Source: Candidatus Bathyarchaeota archaeon
GTDB lineage: Archaea > Thermoproteota > CALKCG01 > B24 > DRYS01
Reading direction: 5' to 3'
DNA: 64,000 bases
Assembly (NCBI GenBank): GCA_018396535.1
Contig: JAGTQC010000005.1
Coordinates: forward strand, 94,523-158,522
Shown: positions 60,165-64,000 of the stretch, piece by piece
Position numbering within the stretch: the first letter of the stretch is position 1
Layout: each line of letters starts with the position of its first letter
Made by a program: the position numbers and the translations under genes
The notes under the pieces: model-generated
The model's database searches: none
Told to the model about the DNA's origin: nothing
The model's input: only the letters and a program-made list of their open reading frames with translations

Positions 60165-60534
60165 CTTCTAAAGCCCTCCTAGCCTGCTCCTCAGAGATAC
60201 TCTCAGAAGGTACTTCAAGCCCAGCGTTAGGATACCTAGCGATAGTATAATACTGCGATACCTCCGGCAGCCTCTCCACTATCCAACCATCTAGAGATAG
60301 TACATTCGATAACCCTCTATATAAAGCAACTAGATCATGCCCCCTACGCGGTCTAACTCTTAAAACACCTATATACACAGCTTTGAAAGCTTTCTCACAT
60401 GCTTGCTGAGACATGAAGGTCGATAAAGCCCAATCCCTATCCCTTAAAGCTCTCCTAGCCCTCTCTAGATCAGCCCTAGCTTCCCTAAACCAGTTTACAG
60501 CCTCCCCCCTAACCATAAAACCCCTAGATATCAT
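60112..60534 (-). CDS. HEPN domain protein (HEPN-MNT pair)
   Basis: W..EA..DL..A, F.SQQA.EKA.KA, GHDL, YT.ARYP; overlaps MNT gene. Confidence 0.88.
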   Translation of the reverse strand: MISRGFMVRGEAVNWFREARADLERARRALRDRDWALSTFMSQQACEKAFKAVYIGVLRVRPRRGHDLVALYRGLSNVLSLDGWIVERLPEVSQYYTIARYPNAGLEVPSESISEEQARRALEVAEEVIRIAGSIFEGST

Positions 60535-60673
60535 AATCCATAGGATCGAGATAACCTTTACCTCGAAGTAAGGTGTAGCCAGCTATTATGGATAGCAGAT
60601 ATCCAGGATAACCATCCACTCTGAACCACATATACTGAAGACTGATATAGCCTTACATCGTTATCAACTACAC

Positions 60674-62626
60674 ATGGCTAAGCCTAGTAGAGCTGTCTTG
60701 ATAGGTTTAGATGCACCTATAGCTGGTAGGGTCTACGATTATGCTAAACGTGGTCTACTACCATACCTGAAGAAGCTTATCGATGATGGTGTTTACGCTG
60801 AGAACTATCTTGTCCCGTATCCTACAGTAACCCCTGAGAATTGGACTACCATAGCGACCGGTGCTCGTATAGGTACTCATGGTGTAACAGGCTTCTGGAT
60901 ACATATACCCGGTGACGATATATATAGTGTTAGATCTGCTTGGAATACTAGCCTATGTAGAGCAGAGTATCTATGGGATACAGCTGAGAGGTTTGGTTTA
61001 AAAAGTATAATCATAAACTGGCCCTGCAGCTATCCGGCAACGGTTAGATACAGCTATCAGCTTTGGGGTACAGGTCTCGCTCCTAACGAGTGGAGGACTG
61101 ATAGGGAGAGGGGTATACTATATGTCGCAGATCTAGCTGACGGTCAGCTATTCTCAACAGAGGACTTACCTTTTGCTTCCAGGATATATTTGAGGAAGGC
61201 TTCTGGTTGGATAGGTTTAGATCAGGGTATGGATGCTCTGGAAGCAGAGCTTAAGCTAAGCTATAGTGTATGTAGGAAGGCTGGTGAGGATGGTGAGAGA
61301 CATGCGAAGATTAGATCCCCGGATAGATGGTTCATGCTAGTATTGAATACCTCCGGGTTAGGATATGATAGAATCCTCATCGCTAAATCTAAGAGTATAG
61401 GAGATGTGTTTACAGAGTTATCCCCTGAATGTTGGAGCCCTACGATAGTAGATGAATTCCAAACTGATGATGGTGTTAGAAAGGGAGCGTTTAGATTTAA
61501 GCTTCTAGAGTTGAGTAGGGATGGATCTAGGGTACGCCTACTCGTTACACCTATATGTAACGTAGAAGGCTACTCGTATCCTCCAGATCTATCAGCTGAA
61601 TTCAGTAAGGTAAACCCGCTAGCCCCTCCAAGCCATATATTCTTCGATGGGTTAGGCTGGGGTTGGTATGATATAGATACATATCTCGAACTGATCGAGA
61701 TGGAGCATAGATGCCTAGCAGATGCAGCGGTATACCTTATGAAGAGTAGGGATTGGAACCTACTATTCATGCATATGCATGCACCAGATTGGATGTACCA
61801 CTACGCTATACCTATAGAGAAGTGGGATCCATCGAGCAGGTTCTACGAGGGAGAGGAGAAGGCTAAGCTATACGAGAAGGTGGAGCTCGAGACGTATAGG
61901 ATTATAGATAGAGCTATAGGTAGGATAGCGGAGGCTGCTGGGAGTGATTCACTTATAGTAGTAGTCTCAGATCACGGAGCTAGAGCTAGAGGCTACGAAT
62001 TCTCACCGATCGAAGCCTTAGCTGAAGCTGGTTTACTCGTATTCAAGGAAACCGGGAGCGGTAGGATTATAGATATAGAGAATTCTCTAGCTATACCAGC
62101 TCACGGCCCATGGATATACATAAACCTTAAGGGTATATATAGGCATGGTGTAGTAGATCCATCGAGATACGAGGAGATACAGGATAGGATAATCGATGCT
62201 CTATACAGCTATACAGATCCAGAGACAGGTAGGAAGCCTATAGCTCTAGCGGTTAAGAAGAGGGATGCAGCACTCCTAGGCTTATACGGTGATAGGATAG
62301 GAGATGTGGTATACGCTGTTAGGGATGATTATGGCGAGCATCATGGACAGCTACCTACATGCGAATACGGTTTAGGATCGCTTAAAGGCTTACTGATAAT
62401 ATCCGGTCCAGGAGTTAAGAAGGGTATGGTTCTGAAGAGGATAGTCTACGCTGTGGATATAGCTCCGACTATATGCTACCTCCTAGGAATACCACCACCA
62501 AGAGATACCGAAGGCTCCATAATCTACCAGATACTAGATGAGCATCCCCATCAGGGGTGTGATTCTAGAGATATAAGCCGTTCCGGTAGAGCTTCAACCC
62601 TTGGATCCTATCAAATCGAGAGTTGA
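60674..62626 (+). CDS. Alkaline phosphatase superfamily phosphodiesterase (NPP-like)
   Basis: IGLD, PTVTPENWTTIATG, HG, PDWMYH, VSDHG, D.APT. Confidence 0.85.
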   Translation: MAKPSRAVLIGLDAPIAGRVYDYAKRGLLPYLKKLIDDGVYAENYLVPYPTVTPENWTTIATGARIGTHGVTGFWIHIPGDDIYSVRSAWNTSLCRAEYLWDTAERFGLKSIIINWPCSYPATVRYSYQLWGTGLAPNEWRTDRERGILYVADLADGQLFSTEDLPFASRIYLRKASGWIGLDQGMDALEAELKLSYSVCRKAGEDGERHAKIRSPDRWFMLVLNTSGLGYDRILIAKSKSIGDVFTELSPECWSPTIVDEFQTDDGVRKGAFRFKLLELSRDGSRVRLLVTPICNVEGYSYPPDLSAEFSKVNPLAPPSHIFFDGLGWGWYDIDTYLELIEMEHRCLADAAVYLMKSRDWNLLFMHMHAPDWMYHYAIPIEKWDPSSRFYEGEEKAKLYEKVELETYRIIDRAIGRIAEAAGSDSLIVVVSDHGARARGYEFSPIEALAEAGLLVFKETGSGRIIDIENSLAIPAHGPWIYINLKGIYRHGVVDPSRYEEIQDRIIDALYSYTDPETGRKPIALAVKKRDAALLGLYGDRIGDVVYAVRDDYGEHHGQLPTCEYGLGSLKGLLIISGPGVKKGMVLKRIVYAVDIAPTICYLLGIPPPRDTEGSIIYQILDEHPHQGCDSRDISRSGRASTLGSYQIES

Positions 62627-62675
62627 ACGAGAATAAGCAATATATACAGCGAACTAAAGATTTCATTATAGAGGG

Positions 62676-63494
62676 TTGCCTAGTAGAAGTGGAGGGTTCA
62701 GATCCAGGCTTACCGCGTTGATAGCATCCTGGCTTCTATCCCTACCCACCATATCCTCCACATTCTGGCTTCCTATGTGGATAGCATTATCGATAATATT
62801 CCCCACCATATTCAACTATTTTCCAGAATCACCAGCTCCGATTAGGATAGATTGGATACCGCAATGGGTTTTCCGTATACTATACATACCATGGATACCC
62901 TTCATGATAATCCCAGGTTTAGAATGGCTTACAGAATACCTTCTACTACCATGGCTATGGACTAATACACCGCTCATGATGATCATAGCATCTGTAAGGC
63001 CTATATTAGCGATAGGAGGCTTCACATTCTTCATCGGAAGCTTAACCCAGCTACTAGTCTATAAGCGTAGAGGGGTTAAACTAGTAACCTCAGGATTCTA
63101 CGGTATAGTACGTCATCCACAGTATCTAGGGATATTCATATGGACATTTGGACATATACTCTACGCGCTCCCCCTATTCCTAAGACCAGCAGATCTTATA
63201 GCATGGATAACCCTCGTATACACATACATACTACTAGCTAGAAGCGAGGAGGCTGATCTGATGAAGATACTCGGTATAGAGTATGCTAGGTATAGGGAAT
63301 CTACACCATTCATAATACCATACACACCAGCTAGGATATCTAAACCCATATCCATGCTAATCGAACGCTATACACCTAAAGCTAGATGGGCTAGGATAAC
63401 CCTAAAAATCATGATATACTTATCGGTTATAGCTACCATAGCATACCTATCATATGGTAGAACATACTGCTTCAAGGATAAACCCCCAATCTAA
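62676..63494 (+). CDS. Isoprenylcysteine carboxyl methyltransferase/PEMT-like membrane protein
   Basis: LVTSG.Y..VRHPQY.G, EE..L....G.EY..YR...P. Confidence 0.8.
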   Translation: MPSRSGGFRSRLTALIASWLLSLPTISSTFWLPMWIALSIIFPTIFNYFPESPAPIRIDWIPQWVFRILYIPWIPFMIIPGLEWLTEYLLLPWLWTNTPLMMIIASVRPILAIGGFTFFIGSLTQLLVYKRRGVKLVTSGFYGIVRHPQYLGIFIWTFGHILYALPLFLRPADLIAWITLVYTYILLARSEEADLMKILGIEYARYRESTPFIIPYTPARISKPISMLIERYTPKARWARITLKIMIYLSVIATIAYLSYGRTYCFKDKPPI

Positions 63495-63568
63495 CCCTAC
63501 TAGATAAACCGAAATTTTTAATAAGAGATTAGTTAACCTCTATCTACTCAGGGTAGGGGAGGATAATC

Positions 63569-64000
63569 GTGAACCCGCGTAGTATAATCCTATCCTCGAT
63601 ACTATTATCTGTAATAATCGCCGTATCCATTATCACAGTATTATCCATAAACTCTACGCCTCTCTACGCTCAGATAGATATTGATTATATTACGCCTATG
63701 ATGGCTGCTTTGGATATCGATGAGCTTAAGCGTTATATCGATGATCTTGTAGGTTTTGGTTCACGTTTTACAGGTTATCCTGGATGCTATGCTGCTGCAG
63801 ATTATATAGAAGCGAAGTTTAGGGAGTTTGGTTTACAAGATGTAGCTAGGCATAGCTTTAAGGTAACTATACCATTAGATGAAGGTGCATATATAGAGAC
63901 ATCTATAGGTGAGAAGCTTAGGGTATACCCGTTATATCCTAACCGTGTATGTCCACCACAAACTCCTCCAGGAGGGTTGAAAGGAAAGCTAGTCTACGTA
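63569..64000 (+). CDS. Exported protein with M28-peptidase-like N-terminus (runs off window)
   Basis: GGAGG SD, GTG start, signal-like hydrophobic segment, GSRFTGYPG...AADYI...F...GL; open to base 64000. Confidence 0.65.
   Translation, partial: MNPRSIILSSILLSVIIAVSIITVLSINSTPLYAQIDIDYITPMMAALDIDELKRYIDDLVGFGSRFTGYPGCYAAADYIEAKFREFGLQDVARHSFKVTIPLDEGAYIETSIGEKLRVYPLYPNRVCPPQTPPGGLKGKLVYV

Noticed and set aside
129-63355. Many short antisense ORFs in the track
   Set aside because: They lie opposite well-supported genes and are shadow frames
1-64000. CRISPR arrays, rRNA genes, intact IS elements or inteins
   Set aside because: None seen; RFC, Lhr and Cdc6 have normal lengths

Overview
Gene-dense archaeal chromosome segment, most like a Thermoproteota/TACK lineage such as Bathyarchaeia (inferred from histone, SmAP3-type Lsm, LysW, MfnB, thermosome, Cdc6/Orc1, RFC and many cytoplasmic glycosidases). 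It is mostly housekeeping: the LysW-dependent Arg/Lys pathway, a Leu-type operon, NAD, polyamine and pyrimidine genes, EtfBA plus an FAD dehydrogenase, GH3/GH42/GH29 enzymes, two tRNAs and a HEPN-MNT pair. A decayed AT-richer island (mgtA, Mrr-N and integrase remnants) sits at tRNA-Thr(CGT). The standout is a small Lrp/AsnC ligand-binding-domain gene at 15711-15964 that the ORF track misses. It is interrupted by a 23-nt insert (15846-15868) that folds into a canonical bulge-helix-bulge. Cutting at the standard splicing-endonuclease positions removes a premature stop and restores the protein in frame, making it a candidate tRNA-type intron in an mRNA other than cbf5. Other notable points are a LysE gene with no canonical start codon, a split surface-protein gene, a candidate structured ncRNA and a strong excess of CTAG. 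All family assignments come from recognising motifs by eye; no searches were run.
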